From: Acidobacteriota bacterium
GTDB lineage: Bacteria; Acidobacteriota; Thermoanaerobaculia; UBA5066; Gp7-AA6
Length of the DNA stretch: 64,000 nt
Assembly: GCA_020199905.1 (NCBI GenBank)
Contig: JAIVJS010000076.1
Location: 13,842 to 77,841, forward strand
Direction of reading: 5' to 3'
Under the pieces are notes generated by a model. That model was not told where the DNA came from. It searched no databases and saw only the letters and a list, made by a program, of their open reading frames with translations. The stretch's first letter is position 1. Each line of letters begins with the position of its first letter. A program made the position numbers and the translations under genes. Positions 54,756-64,000 of this stretch are shown here, one piece after another.

Positions 54756-56261
54756 ACCGCCGAGATCGCGACGCTGGTCGTCTATTACGTTGTCCTTGGC
54801 GTGCTCGCCGCCTACGGCGCGCACCGGATTCTGATGGTCCGTCTCTATTACCGGCACAGGCTCGACGCTCCTCGACCGATGGGAGAGCTGGCGAGTCTTC
54901 CGCGCGTCACTATTCAGCTTCCGATCTACAACGAAGTCTACGTCGTCGAGCGGCTGATCGACGCGGCGGCCGCAATCGACTATCCGCGGGATCTGCTCGA
55001 CATCCAGGTCCTCGACGATTCGACCGATGAAACGGCCGATCTCGCCGCCAGCGCCGTGGCGCGGCACAGAGCGCGAGGCGTCGACATCGTTCACGTGCGG
55101 CGCGGCTCGCGGGAGGGATACAAGGCGGGGGCGCTCCAGGCGGGTCTCGCGATCGCCAAGGGCGAGTATCTGGCTATCTTCGACGCCGATTTCGTCCCCA
55201 CGGCCGAAGTCCTGCGCGCGTCCCTCCCGTTTTTCTCGGACCCGGCCGTCGGCATGGTCCAGGCGCGATGGGACCATCTGAACCGCGAGTACTCCCTCCT
55301 GACCCGTATCCAGTCGATTTTCCTGGACGGCCACTTTGTCATCGAGCACACGGCGCGGCACCGCTCGGGACGGTTTTTCAACTTCAACGGCACGGCAGGC
55401 CTCTGGCGGCGACGGTGCATCGAGCTCGCCGGCGGCTGGCAATCGGACACGCTGACCGAAGATCTCGACATCTCCTACAGGGCCCAGCTTGCGGGATGGA
55501 AGTTCGTGTACCTCAAGGACGTGGTCGTCCCGGCGGAGGTTCCCGTGGACATGAACGGGTTCAAGTCGCAGCAGCACCGCTGGACGAAGGGATCCATCCA
55601 GACGGGGAAGAAGCTCCTGCCGTCGATCTTTCGCAGCGCCCATCCCTGGTGGGTCAAGGTCGAGGCGTTCTTCCACCTGACCAACAACCTCTCCTATCTC
55701 TTCGTCGTGATCCTGGCGCTGCTGATCGTCCCGGCGATCCTGATTCGCGAACGGATTGGATGGCGGCGGCTGGCGATCATCGATTTCCCTCTCTTCTTCG
55801 GGGCGACCTTTTCCTTCATCGCGTTCTACATCTCGTCTCAGAAGGCGATTGGCCGCGACTGGCGTCCGACGGTCAAGTGCATGCCGTTTCTCATGTCGCT
55901 CGGGATCGGGCTCTCGCTGAACAACCTGCACGCGGTCCTCGAGGGGCTGTTCGACCGAAAGAGCGAGTTCACCCGGACCCCGAAGTACTCGATCGAGGGA
56001 GGCTCCGGCGAGTGGCGCAGCAAGAAGTACCGCGCCCGGGGAAACGCGTCCCTGCTGGGGGAGATCCTCCTCGCGGGATATTTCCTGGCCGCGACGATCT
56101 TCGCGGTCGTCCAGAACTACTGGGTCGGTGTCCCGTTCCTCCTCGTGTTCTTCAACGGCTTCGCGTACACGGCCGCTCTCTCGCTCATGTCCCGCAACGG
56201 CCGGCGCGGGATCTCGCTCGGCTCTTCGCCCGGGCCGGCCCAGCCGGTCGCCGGAGCGTGA
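54744..56261 (+). CDS. Glycosyltransferase family 2 (cellulose synthase-like, processive)
   Basis: QLPIYNE, DDSTD, YKAGAL, FDADF, TEDLD and QQHRW; C-terminal TMs. Confidence 0.93.
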   Translation: MTSHTAEIATLVVYYVVLGVLAAYGAHRILMVRLYYRHRLDAPRPMGELASLPRVTIQLPIYNEVYVVERLIDAAAAIDYPRDLLDIQVLDDSTDETADLAASAVARHRARGVDIVHVRRGSREGYKAGALQAGLAIAKGEYLAIFDADFVPTAEVLRASLPFFSDPAVGMVQARWDHLNREYSLLTRIQSIFLDGHFVIEHTARHRSGRFFNFNGTAGLWRRRCIELAGGWQSDTLTEDLDISYRAQLAGWKFVYLKDVVVPAEVPVDMNGFKSQQHRWTKGSIQTGKKLLPSIFRSAHPWWVKVEAFFHLTNNLSYLFVVILALLIVPAILIRERIGWRRLAIIDFPLFFGATFSFIAFYISSQKAIGRDWRPTVKCMPFLMSLGIGLSLNNLHAVLEGLFDRKSEFTRTPKYSIEGGSGEWRSKKYRARGNASLLGEILLAGYFLAATIFAVVQNYWVGVPFLLVFFNGFAYTAALSLMSRNGRRGISLGSSPGPAQPVAGA

Positions 56262-56342
56262 GCGCGTTTCTCTCCCGCGCTCGCCGCGCATGACCCGTTC
56301 GCGGTCGCGCGACTCCCGCCCTGCCCGGGACGTAATTCTCCC

Positions 56343-58853
56343 GTGGCCATGGTGATCGATCCGGTCTGCGGGATGAGCGTTGACCCCGCGCGGGCGGCGG
56401 CGAAGCGGCGGCACGGCGGGCGCGAGTTCTTCTTCTGCGCGCCCGGGTGCGCCGCGCGATTCGATCGAGACCCCCGCGGATTTGCGAGCGGCAGGCGCCC
56501 GCGGGACGCTATGAAGGCTTCGTCCGCCTCGCCGTTTCTGCGCCCCGGCAAGAACCTGCCACTCTTCGGCGCGGCCGCCGGGGACAAGGCGGCGTTGGCG
56601 GCGGCGGCGATTCCCCGCCCTCTCCCCGCTCCGAGAATGCCCCGGCGGGATCTCGGGGAGACCCTCTCGCTCGCGGTCGAAGGGATGCACTGCGCCTCGT
56701 GCGTTTCGACGATCGAGCAGGCGCTCGCCCGCGTCCCGGGGGTCCACGAGGCGTCGGTAAATCTGGGAACCGCGCGGGCGCACGTCCGTGGCGACAACCT
56801 GCGGCCCGGCAAGCTGATCGAAGCGGTACGCGCCAGCGGGTACGACGCGCGGCCGGCGTCGGAGGTTTCCGGCGCCGACGACGAGCGGCGGGCCCTGGAG
56901 GCGGAGCGTTCGATCCTGAGGCGCACGGCGGCCTCCGCAGCCCTCACTCTGCCCGTGCTGGCGCTGTCGATGTCGGGGGCGAGGTTTCCCGGCCGCGACG
57001 TCCTGCTGCTGGCTCTCACGCTTCCCGTCTACTTCTGGGCGGGCCGGCCGTTTCTCTCGGGGATGGTTCGGACGCTGCGGCACCGGACGGCCAACATGGA
57101 CACCCTCGTCGGGCTCGGCACGACCGCCGCCCTGCTTCTCTCGGCGGCCGCGACCGCCTTTCCCTCGACGTTCGCCGCCGCGGGCTCGGCCGGACACGTC
57201 TACTACGAGGCGGTCGGGGTCATCATCACGCTGGTTCTTCTGGGCCGATGGCTCGAGACGCGCGCTCGCGGACGGACCTCCGCCGCGATCCGCAAGCTGT
57301 TGAACCTCGCGCCGAAAACCGCCCGTCTGATCCGCAAGGGCACCGAGCTCGAGGTGGCGCTCTCCGAAGTTTCGGTTGGAGATCGGCTCGCCGTGAAGCC
57401 CGGCGACGCCGTGCCGGTCGACGGGATCGTCCGATCCGGCTCCTCGGCCGTCGACGAGTCGATGGTCACGGGCGAGTCCCTCCCGGCGGAGAAACGCCCC
57501 GGCGACCGAGTCGTGGGCGGCACGCTCAACCAGCAGGGAGCGATGGAGATCGAAGCCACCGCCGTGGGTTCAGACACGGCGCTCGCCCACATCGTGCGCC
57601 TGGTCCACGAGGCGCAGGCCACCAAGCCGCCGATCCAGAAGCTCGCGGACCGGATCGCCGGCGTCTTCGTTCCCATCGTCCTCGCGATCGCGACCGTCGC
57701 GTGGGTGGCGTGGTACGTCTTCGGACCGGAGCCGCGCGCCCTTTTCGCCACCGTCGTCCTCGCGTCGGTTCTTCTCATCGCGTGCCCGTGCGCGCTCGGG
57801 CTGGCGACTCCGACCGCCATCCTCGTCGGGACGGGGCGAGGCGCGGACGTCGGGATCCTGTTCCGCAACGCGCAGGCGCTCGAGCGCGCCAGGGCGATCA
57901 CGTCCGTGCTCCTGGACAAGACCGGGACCGTGACGGAGGGACGTCCCCGCCTGACGGACCGCGTCCGGCTGTCGCGCACCTCCGACGCCGAAATGCTCGG
58001 CCTCGCGGCCGCGCTCGAAAAGAGCTCCGCGCATCCGCTGGCCGCCGCCCTGGTCGCCGCCGCGGAAGAGAAGGGAGTTTCTCTTCCGGCCGTCGCGGAC
58101 TTCGAGTCGAAGACAGGCCGTGGAGTCGTAGGGACGGTCGCCGGCCGGCGCGTGCTGGTCGGCAACGCGCGCCTGTTCGAGGAAGAGGGGGTCGATTTCT
58201 CCGAGGTGGCGGAAGATGCGCAGCGATTCTCGGCGGAGGGCAAGACGCCTCTGCTCGTCGCGGCGGACGGAAGCGTGCTCGGGATCCTGGTCGTCGCGGA
58301 TCGCGAGAAGCCGGGCTCCGCCGAGGCGATCCGCCGCCTCCGCGACCTCGGTCTCCGGGTCGTCCTGCTGACCGGGGACCGGGAGTCCACGGCGCGCGCC
58401 ATCGCCTCCCGCGTGGGCATCGACGAGGTCTTCGCCGAGGTCCTTCCGGCCGACAAGGCGTCGAAGGTGGTCGAGCTGCAGCGGCGCGGCGACGTCGTCG
58501 CGATGGTCGGGGACGGAGTCAACGACGCGCCCGCGCTCGCCCAGGCCGACGTGGGCATCGCGATCGGCGCGGGAGCCGATGTCGCGATCGAGGCCTCGGA
58601 CGTCACCCTCGTCGGCGGCGACCTCCGGTCCGTTCCGGCGGCGATCGCCCTGTCCCGCGACACGCTGGCCACGATCCGGCAGAACCTCTTCTTCGCGTTC
58701 GTCTACAACGTCGTCGGAATCCCGGTCGCGGCCGGACTCCTCTACCCGTTCACCGGATGGCTCCTCTCCCCGATGATCGCGTCAGCCGCGATGGCGGCGT
58801 CCTCGGTGTCCGTTGTCGCCAACAGCCTGCGTCTGGCGCGGCGGCGCGCGTGA
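56343..58853 (+). CDS. copA: Cu(I)-translocating P1B-type ATPase with YHS and HMA domains
   Basis: DPVCGM...FFFC..GC (YHS), [35 protein letters not shown] and MAASS. Confidence 0.93.
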   Translation: MAMVIDPVCGMSVDPARAAAKRRHGGREFFFCAPGCAARFDRDPRGFASGRRPRDAMKASSASPFLRPGKNLPLFGAAAGDKAALAAAAIPRPLPAPRMPRRDLGETLSLAVEGMHCASCVSTIEQALARVPGVHEASVNLGTARAHVRGDNLRPGKLIEAVRASGYDARPASEVSGADDERRALEAERSILRRTAASAALTLPVLALSMSGARFPGRDVLLLALTLPVYFWAGRPFLSGMVRTLRHRTANMDTLVGLGTTAALLLSAAATAFPSTFAAAGSAGHVYYEAVGVIITLVLLGRWLETRARGRTSAAIRKLLNLAPKTARLIRKGTELEVALSEVSVGDRLAVKPGDAVPVDGIVRSGSSAVDESMVTGESLPAEKRPGDRVVGGTLNQQGAMEIEATAVGSDTALAHIVRLVHEAQATKPPIQKLADRIAGVFVPIVLAIATVAWVAWYVFGPEPRALFATVVLASVLLIACPCALGLATPTAILVGTGRGADVGILFRNAQALERARAITSVLLDKTGTVTEGRPRLTDRVRLSRTSDAEMLGLAAALEKSSAHPLAAALVAAAEEKGVSLPAVADFESKTGRGVVGTVAGRRVLVGNARLFEEEGVDFSEVAEDAQRFSAEGKTPLLVAADGSVLGILVVADREKPGSAEAIRRLRDLGLRVVLLTGDRESTARAIASRVGIDEVFAEVLPADKASKVVELQRRGDVVAMVGDGVNDAPALAQADVGIAIGAGADVAIEASDVTLVGGDLRSVPAAIALSRDTLATIRQNLFFAFVYNVVGIPVAAGLLYPFTGWLLSPMIASAAMAASSVSVVANSLRLARRRA

Positions 58854-59257
58854 TCGCGTTCGCCTGGACGGCCGACCGGATCGCGGCGATCGCCCTCGGC
58901 GCCGCGTTCCTCGCCTTCCTGTACGTCTTCTTTTTCCGGGCGCGCCGGCGGGAGGGCACGGCCGTCCCCGCCGCGTCGACGGGAGACCTCGAGGAGCAGG
59001 AGGCGACGATCACGGTGTCCGGCGGGTACGATCCGGAAGTCGTGATCGCGAAAAAGGGAGTGCCCCTGACGCTCGTCTTCGACCGCCGGGAGTCGAGCCC
59101 CTGCAGCGACGAAGTGGTCCTGCCAGAGTTCGGGATCCGGCAGGCTCTCGCCGCGCACGCGAAGACCCGCATCCGCGTGGTGCCGCAGCGGGCCGGAGAA
59201 TTTCCCTTCGCCTGCGGGATGAACATGCTCCACGGCCTCCTGCGGGTCGAGGACTGA
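58850..59257 (+). CDS. Membrane-anchored cupredoxin-domain protein (CupA-like)
   Basis: GTGA overlap with copA; N-terminal TM, VSGGYDP, SPCSDEV and [10 protein letters not shown]. Confidence 0.88.
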   Translation: MIAFAWTADRIAAIALGAAFLAFLYVFFFRARRREGTAVPAASTGDLEEQEATITVSGGYDPEVVIAKKGVPLTLVFDRRESSPCSDEVVLPEFGIRQALAAHAKTRIRVVPQRAGEFPFACGMNMLHGLLRVED

Positions 59258-59269
59258 CCGCAGGCCGGC

Positions 59270-59911
59270 GTGCCGACCGTCCGCGTCACGGAGATCTTCC
59301 GGTCGCTCCAGGGCGAGTCTCTGCGTGCCGGCTTTCCCTGTGCCTTCGTCCGCTTGACCGGCTGCGCGCTGCGCTGCGTCTGGTGCGATTCGGCCTACGC
59401 GTTTTCGGGCGGAGAGGAGTTGGACGTCGACGAGGCGGCCCGGCGCGTGCTCGAGCTCGAGACCGAGCTCGTCGAGGTGACGGGCGGCGAGCCCCTCGAA
59501 CAGGAGGGCGTCTACGCGTTGATGGACCGTCTGCTCGCGGCCGGCCGCACGGTTCTGCTCGAGACCGGAGGGCACGTTCCGATCGACCGCGTGGATCCCC
59601 GCGTGATCAAGATCGTCGATGTGAAGGCGCCGGGGAGCGGGATGCAGGCCGCCAACCTCCCCGAGAACCTGGAGCTCCTCGGCGAACGCGACGAGCTCAA
59701 GTTCGTCCTCGCCGACCGGCGCGATTTCGAGTGGGCCCTCGCGCTCGTCTCGGAAAAAGAGCTCGACCGCGCCCGCACCGTGACGTTCTCGCCGGCGTGG
59801 GAGGGCGTCGATCCCGCCGCCCTCGCCGGGTGGATACGGGACAGCGGCCGCAACGTGCGCCTCGGTCTCCAGCTCCACAAGATTCTGTGGGGAGATGTGC
59901 CGGGAAAATAA
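59270..59911 (+). CDS. queE: 7-carboxy-7-deazaguanine synthase (radical SAM)
   Basis: EIFRSLQGE, FVRLTGCALRCVWCD, VTGGEPL and LQLHK. Confidence 0.92.
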   Translation: MPTVRVTEIFRSLQGESLRAGFPCAFVRLTGCALRCVWCDSAYAFSGGEELDVDEAARRVLELETELVEVTGGEPLEQEGVYALMDRLLAAGRTVLLETGGHVPIDRVDPRVIKIVDVKAPGSGMQAANLPENLELLGERDELKFVLADRRDFEWALALVSEKELDRARTVTFSPAWEGVDPAALAGWIRDSGRNVRLGLQLHKILWGDVPGK

Positions 59912-59965
59912 AGCCGTCCGCTGTCAGCTCTCGGCTGTCAGCCCCGGCCTGAGTACCGAGAACTG

Positions 59966-60643
59966 ATGACTGACAATTCCATCGTTCTTCTCTCCGGCGG
60001 GCTCGACTCCGCCACGTGCCTCCTGATCGCTCGGGCGGAGGGGCTGGACGTGTTCGCGCTCTCGTTCGACTACGGCCAGCGCCATGCCGTCGAGCTCGAC
60101 CGGGCGCGCGCGCTCGCCGGCCGGTACGGCGCCCGCGAGCATCGCATCGCGAAGCTCGACCTCCCCGTTCCGGCTGCCTCCGCGTTGACCGACGCCTCGC
60201 GGCGCGTCCCGAAGGACAGTCTCGGGGCCGAGGCGATTCCGGTGACGTACGTGCCGGCGCGCAACACGCTCTTCCTCTCGCACGCGCTCGCCTGGGCGGA
60301 GGCGATCGACGCGCGGCAGATCTTCATCGGCGCGAACGCCCTCGACTATTCCGGGTATCCGGATTGCCGCCCGGAATTCCTGGCGGCCTTCGAGACGATG
60401 GCGAATCTCGGGACGCGCGCCGGCACGACCGGCGGCGGATTTCGAATCCGCGCCCCACTGCTGGCGATGACGAAGAGAGAAATCGTGACGCGCGGAGCGG
60501 ACCTCGGGCTCGACTTTTCCCTGACGTCGTCGTGCTACGACCCGGATCCGGCCGGCCGACCCTGCGGCGGCTGCGACTCGTGCCTCCTCCGGGAAAAGGG
60601 TTTTCGAGAGGCCGGCCTGACCGATCCGAACCGCCCGCCCTGA
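59966..60643 (+). CDS. queC: 7-cyano-7-deazaguanine synthase
   Basis: [29 protein letters not shown] and SCY...CGGCDSC. Confidence 0.96.
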   Translation: MTDNSIVLLSGGLDSATCLLIARAEGLDVFALSFDYGQRHAVELDRARALAGRYGAREHRIAKLDLPVPAASALTDASRRVPKDSLGAEAIPVTYVPARNTLFLSHALAWAEAIDARQIFIGANALDYSGYPDCRPEFLAAFETMANLGTRAGTTGGGFRIRAPLLAMTKREIVTRGADLGLDFSLTSSCYDPDPAGRPCGGCDSCLLREKGFREAGLTDPNRPP

Positions 60644-60685
60644 ACGCATCTGGCTCCCGCAGCAGCACTTCGGCCGACCCTCATA

Positions 60686-60752
60686 TCTAAGCCTGACGGA
60701 CTCATATTTTTATACATGAATACTTGACATTACGGTGCTCATCTTTTATGCT
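60686..60752 (+). promoter_or_regulatory. Sigma70 promoter of clpB-hsp20 with two degenerate HAIR (HspR operator)-like inverted repeats
   Basis: TTGACA (60724-60729), N17, TATGCT (60747-60752); overlapping CTTGACA-N7-GCTCATC and upstream TCTAAGC-N7-ACTCATA. Confidence 0.65.
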
Positions 60753-60811
60753 GCGAATCCGCAGGCTCGGGTCGCCACGCCCGGCTCGGCCGCGCGGGGA
60801 AAAGAGACGCG

Positions 60812-63436
60812 ATGCGATTCGACCAGCTGACCATCAAGGCCCAGGAGGCCATCTCGGAGGCCCAGAGGGACGCTCGCGCCCGCGGGAACGCGGAGCTGAC
60901 CGGCGAGCATCTCCTCTCAGCGCTCCTCGCGCAGAACGAGGGCGTCGTCGTCCCGATCCTCCAGAAGCTCGGCGTCGATGCCGCGTCCCTGGCGCGGGAA
61001 ACGGCGGCCGCGGTGGACAGAAGACCGAAGGTGACGGGCGCCTCCGCCGACGCCGCGCCCTCCCGCGAGCTGACCCGGGTCTTCGACCGCGCGTTCGAGA
61101 TCGCCCGGGAGTTCGGCGACGAGTACATCTCGACCGAGCACCTGCTCGTGGCCCTCTCGGAGTCCGACGCCGGCGATGCCGCGAGGATGCTCGGGAAGGC
61201 CGGCGCCCGGAAGGACGCGATTCTCCGCGCGCTCAAGGAGGTCCGCGGCTCCGCGCGGATCACGGATCCCAATCCCGAAGAGAAGTACCAGGCGCTGAAG
61301 CGATACACGCGCGACCTCACCGATCTCGCGCGGCGCGGGAAGATCGATCCCGTCATCGGACGCGACGAGGAGATTCGCCGCGTGGTGCAGGTCCTGTCGC
61401 GCCGGACGAAGAACAATCCCGTCCTCATCGGGGAGCCCGGAGTCGGAAAGACCGCCATCGTCGAGGGCCTCGCCCGGCGGATTCACATGGGGGACGTCCC
61501 CGAGGGACTGAAGAACAAGCGCGTCGTGTCCCTCGATCTCGGTTCGATGATTGCCGGCGCCAAGTACCGCGGAGAGTTCGAGGACCGCCTGAAGGCGGTG
61601 CTCAAGGAGATCGAAGAGGCGCAGGGCACGATCATCCTCTTCATCGACGAGCTCCACACGCTCGTCGGCGCCGGCGCGGCCGAAGGCTCGATGGACGCGT
61701 CGAACATGTTGAAGCCGGCACTTGCTCGTGGCGAGCTGCGGGCCATCGGCGCGACGACGTTGAATGAGTATCAGAAGTACATCGAGAAGGACGCGGCGCT
61801 CGAGCGGCGCTTCCAGCCGGTCTACGTCGAAGAGCCCACGGTCGAGGACACGATCTCGATTCTGCGGGGACTCCAGGAGCGTTACGAAGTGCATCACGGC
61901 GTCCGGATCACCGACGCGGCGCTCGTGGCCGCCGCCCGCCTCTCGCACCGTTACATCAGCGACCGGTTTCTGCCCGACAAGGCAATCGACCTGATCGACG
62001 AGGCGGCGGCGCGCCTGCGGACCGAGATCGATTCGCTCCCGACGGAGATCGACCAGGTCGAGCGGCGCATCGTGTCTCTCGAGATCGAAAAGCGCGCCCT
62101 GACCAAGGAAAAGACGAAAGAGGCGGAGGAACGGCTCGAGGCCATCGAGCGGGATCTGGCGGAACAGAGGGAGACCTCCACGCGGTTGCGCGCCCGGTGG
62201 TCCGCCGAAAAAGAGGCCATCCAGAAGATCCGGGAGACCAAGGAGTCGATCGAGCAGACGCGGCAGGAAGCGCTCGAGGCGGAGCGAGAAGGCAACCTTC
62301 AGAAGGCCGCCGAGCTCTCCTACGGCCGGCTCCCCCAGCTCGAGCGGGAGCTCGCCGCACAGAACGCGCGGCTCGCCGAGCTTCAGCAGGGCGAGCCGAT
62401 GCTTCAGGAAGAAGTGGACGAGGAGGACATCGCCGAGATCGTGTCCCGCTGGACCGGAGTTCCCGTGTCGAAGATGCTGGAACGGGAGACCGCGAAGCTT
62501 CTCGACATGGAAAACCGGATCGGCCAGCGGGTGATCGGGCAGCGCGAGGCCGTGACGGCCGTCTCCGACGCGGTGCGCCGCTCCCGCGCGGGCCTCTCCG
62601 ACCCGCGCCGCCCCATCGGGTCTTTCATCTTCGTCGGCCCGACGGGCGTCGGAAAGACGGAGCTGGCGCGCGCGCTCGCCGAGTTCCTCTTCGACGACGA
62701 GCACGCGATGGTGCGGCTCGACATGTCCGAGTACATGGAGAAGCATTCAGTGGCCCGGATGATCGGCGCGCCGCCGGGATACGTCGGATACGAGGAGGGC
62801 GGCAGGCTGACGGAGGCGATCCGGCGCCGGCCCTACTCCGTCGTCCTTTTCGACGAGATCGAAAAAGCGCATCCGGACGTCTTCAACGTGCTGCTGCAGG
62901 TCCTGGACGACGGCCGCCTCACCGACGGGAAGGGCCGCGTCGTCTCGTTCAAGAACACCGTGATCATCATGACGTCCAACCTCGGCTCGCAGTGGATCGC
63001 CGAAGCGTCCGCGATGGCCGAGGCGGACGTGAACGCGAAGGTGGAGGAAGAGCTTCGCCGGCACTTCCGGCCGGAATTCCTGAACCGCATCGACGACGTG
63101 ATCGTGTTTCACCGCCTGACGCGCGAGGAGATCGAACAGATCGTGGAGGTGCAGCTCCAGTCGCTCGCCCGCACCGTGGCGGACCGGGGCATGCGGCTGA
63201 CGTGGACCCCCGAGGCCCGGCGCCTTCTCGCCGGCCGCGGGTACGACCCGACCTTCGGCGCGCGTCCGTTGAAGCGAATGATCCAGAAGGACGTGTCTGA
63301 CGCCCTGGCTCGTCAGATCCTGACCGGCGCTCTCGCCCCGGGAGACACCGCGGAGGTCGACGTCTCCGTGGACCGCGAGCGCCTTGAGATCGTCCGGAAA
63401 TCGGAATCGGAGAAGTTGCAGACCGGGGCCGCGTGA
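60812..63436 (+). CDS. clpB: ATP-dependent chaperone ClpB
   Basis: Two AAA+ domains ([16 protein letters not shown]), KYRGEFEDR, long coiled-coil M-domain and GARPLKR. Confidence 0.97.
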   Translation: MRFDQLTIKAQEAISEAQRDARARGNAELTGEHLLSALLAQNEGVVVPILQKLGVDAASLARETAAAVDRRPKVTGASADAAPSRELTRVFDRAFEIAREFGDEYISTEHLLVALSESDAGDAARMLGKAGARKDAILRALKEVRGSARITDPNPEEKYQALKRYTRDLTDLARRGKIDPVIGRDEEIRRVVQVLSRRTKNNPVLIGEPGVGKTAIVEGLARRIHMGDVPEGLKNKRVVSLDLGSMIAGAKYRGEFEDRLKAVLKEIEEAQGTIILFIDELHTLVGAGAAEGSMDASNMLKPALARGELRAIGATTLNEYQKYIEKDAALERRFQPVYVEEPTVEDTISILRGLQERYEVHHGVRITDAALVAAARLSHRYISDRFLPDKAIDLIDEAAARLRTEIDSLPTEIDQVERRIVSLEIEKRALTKEKTKEAEERLEAIERDLAEQRETSTRLRARWSAEKEAIQKIRETKESIEQTRQEALEAEREGNLQKAAELSYGRLPQLERELAAQNARLAELQQGEPMLQEEVDEEDIAEIVSRWTGVPVSKMLERETAKLLDMENRIGQRVIGQREAVTAVSDAVRRSRAGLSDPRRPIGSFIFVGPTGVGKTELARALAEFLFDDEHAMVRLDMSEYMEKHSVARMIGAPPGYVGYEEGGRLTEAIRRRPYSVVLFDEIEKAHPDVFNVLLQVLDDGRLTDGKGRVVSFKNTVIIMTSNLGSQWIAEASAMAEADVNAKVEEELRRHFRPEFLNRIDDVIVFHRLTREEIEQIVEVQLQSLARTVADRGMRLTWTPEARRLLAGRGYDPTFGARPLKRMIQKDVSDALARQILTGALAPGDTAEVDVSVDRERLEIVRKSESEKLQTGAA

Positions 63437-63477
63437 GCCCCGAAAAAATCAACCGAAGTCAAAGGAGGACCCAAACG

Positions 63478-63969
63478 ATGAACTACTTGAGCTTCGACCC
63501 GTATCGCGAATTCAACGCCCTCCAGGAGCGCCTGAACCGCGCTCTCGGCGCGGGCGGCCGCCGGGAACGCGACGAGGAGATGAGCCTCGGCGCCTGGATT
63601 CCGCCCGTCGACATCGAAGAGGACAAGGAAAAGCTGCTTCTCACGGCGGAGCTTCCGGGATTCAAGGAAGATCAGATCCAGATCCAGATGGAGGGCGGCG
63701 TTCTCACCCTCCGCGGCGAGCGCAAGTTCGAAGAAGAGCGCAAGAACGGCAAGAATTTCCACCGGGTCGAGCGCGCATACGGCCAGTTCGTCCGGTCGTT
63801 CACGCTTCCGAACAACGTCGACCGGGAAAACGTGCAGGCACACTTTTCCGACGGCCTCCTGCGGATCGAGATGCCCAAGCGGGAGGAAGCGAAGCCCCGC
63901 CAGATCCGCATCTCCGGGGGGGAAGGACAGAAGAGGCAGAACGAGCCCATCGACGTCAAGAGAGGTTAG
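63478..63969 (+). CDS. Hsp20/alpha-crystallin small heat shock protein
   Basis: SD AAGGAGG; WIPPVDI, AELPG, ERAYGQFVRSFTLP and DGLLRI.MPK. Confidence 0.94.
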   Translation: MNYLSFDPYREFNALQERLNRALGAGGRRERDEEMSLGAWIPPVDIEEDKEKLLLTAELPGFKEDQIQIQMEGGVLTLRGERKFEEERKNGKNFHRVERAYGQFVRSFTLPNNVDRENVQAHFSDGLLRIEMPKREEAKPRQIRISGGEGQKRQNEPIDVKRG

Positions 63970-63974
63970 CGTCC

Positions 63975-63999
63975 AGCGTCAGGCTTTGAGCGCTTTTTT
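63975..63999 (+). terminator. Possible intrinsic terminator after hsp20
   Basis: Imperfect stem AGCG-TCA...TGA-g-CGCT followed by a T run, at the window edge. Confidence 0.35.
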
Positions 64000-64000
64000 C

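Noticed and set aside
53394-57197. 1267-aa minus-strand ORF
   Set aside because: The N-terminal 810 or so residues are antisense to the GT2 and copA genes; only the region below about 54755 looks like a real protein.
59258-59965. preQ1 riboswitch upstream of queE or queC (also checked the PTPS gene)
   Set aside because: The intergenic gaps are short or filled with heptamer repeats, with no AGGTT...CCT stem plus A-rich tail.
59270-60643. Dpd-type 7-deazaguanine DNA modification or QatABCD defence system
   Set aside because: queE and queC look canonical, and no dpdA/tgt paralog, TatD or defence ATPase is adjacent.
60644-60811. CIRCE (HrcA operator) upstream of clpB
   Set aside because: No TTAGCACTC-N9-GAGTGCTAA match.

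Overview
A gene-dense, very GC-rich bacterial chromosomal segment. The gene content (bamD-rpe-PASTA, Fis-like HTH, YfhO-type GT-C proteins, TIGR03960-type radical SAM) and the heptamer-repeat intergenic regions suggest an Acidobacteriota genome, which is an inference. It holds about 60 CDS, mostly housekeeping: rlmN, thrC, typA, recQ, a DEAD-box helicase, thiO, tatA, bamD, rpe, nfo, rseP, dxr, uppS, cdsA, truA, copA with a cupredoxin, queE, queC, clpB and hsp20. There are also two diguanylate cyclases and several membrane glycosyltransferases. I saw no rRNA, tRNA, CRISPR array or transposase. The main points of interest are: (1) a radical SAM enzyme with the motif layout of MJ0619/Tes tetraether-lipid synthases, plus a TIGR03960-type B12 radical SAM; (2) a three-copy structured intergenic element whose 22+12 nt core is invariant; (3) a heme-c (CLSCH) sensor-HAMP protein with no output domain, directly upstream of a soluble Ser/Thr kinase; (4) an in-frame Spinster-like MFS/acyltransferase fusion; (5) widespread 7-bp tandem repeats that form inverted pairs and sometimes supply -10 boxes or stop codons; (6) apparently leaderless gene starts; (7) a PTPS-III-type (ExxHGH) enzyme rather than a canonical QueD; (8) a collapsed dioxygenase pseudogene. 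All calls come from reading motifs by eye; no searches were run.
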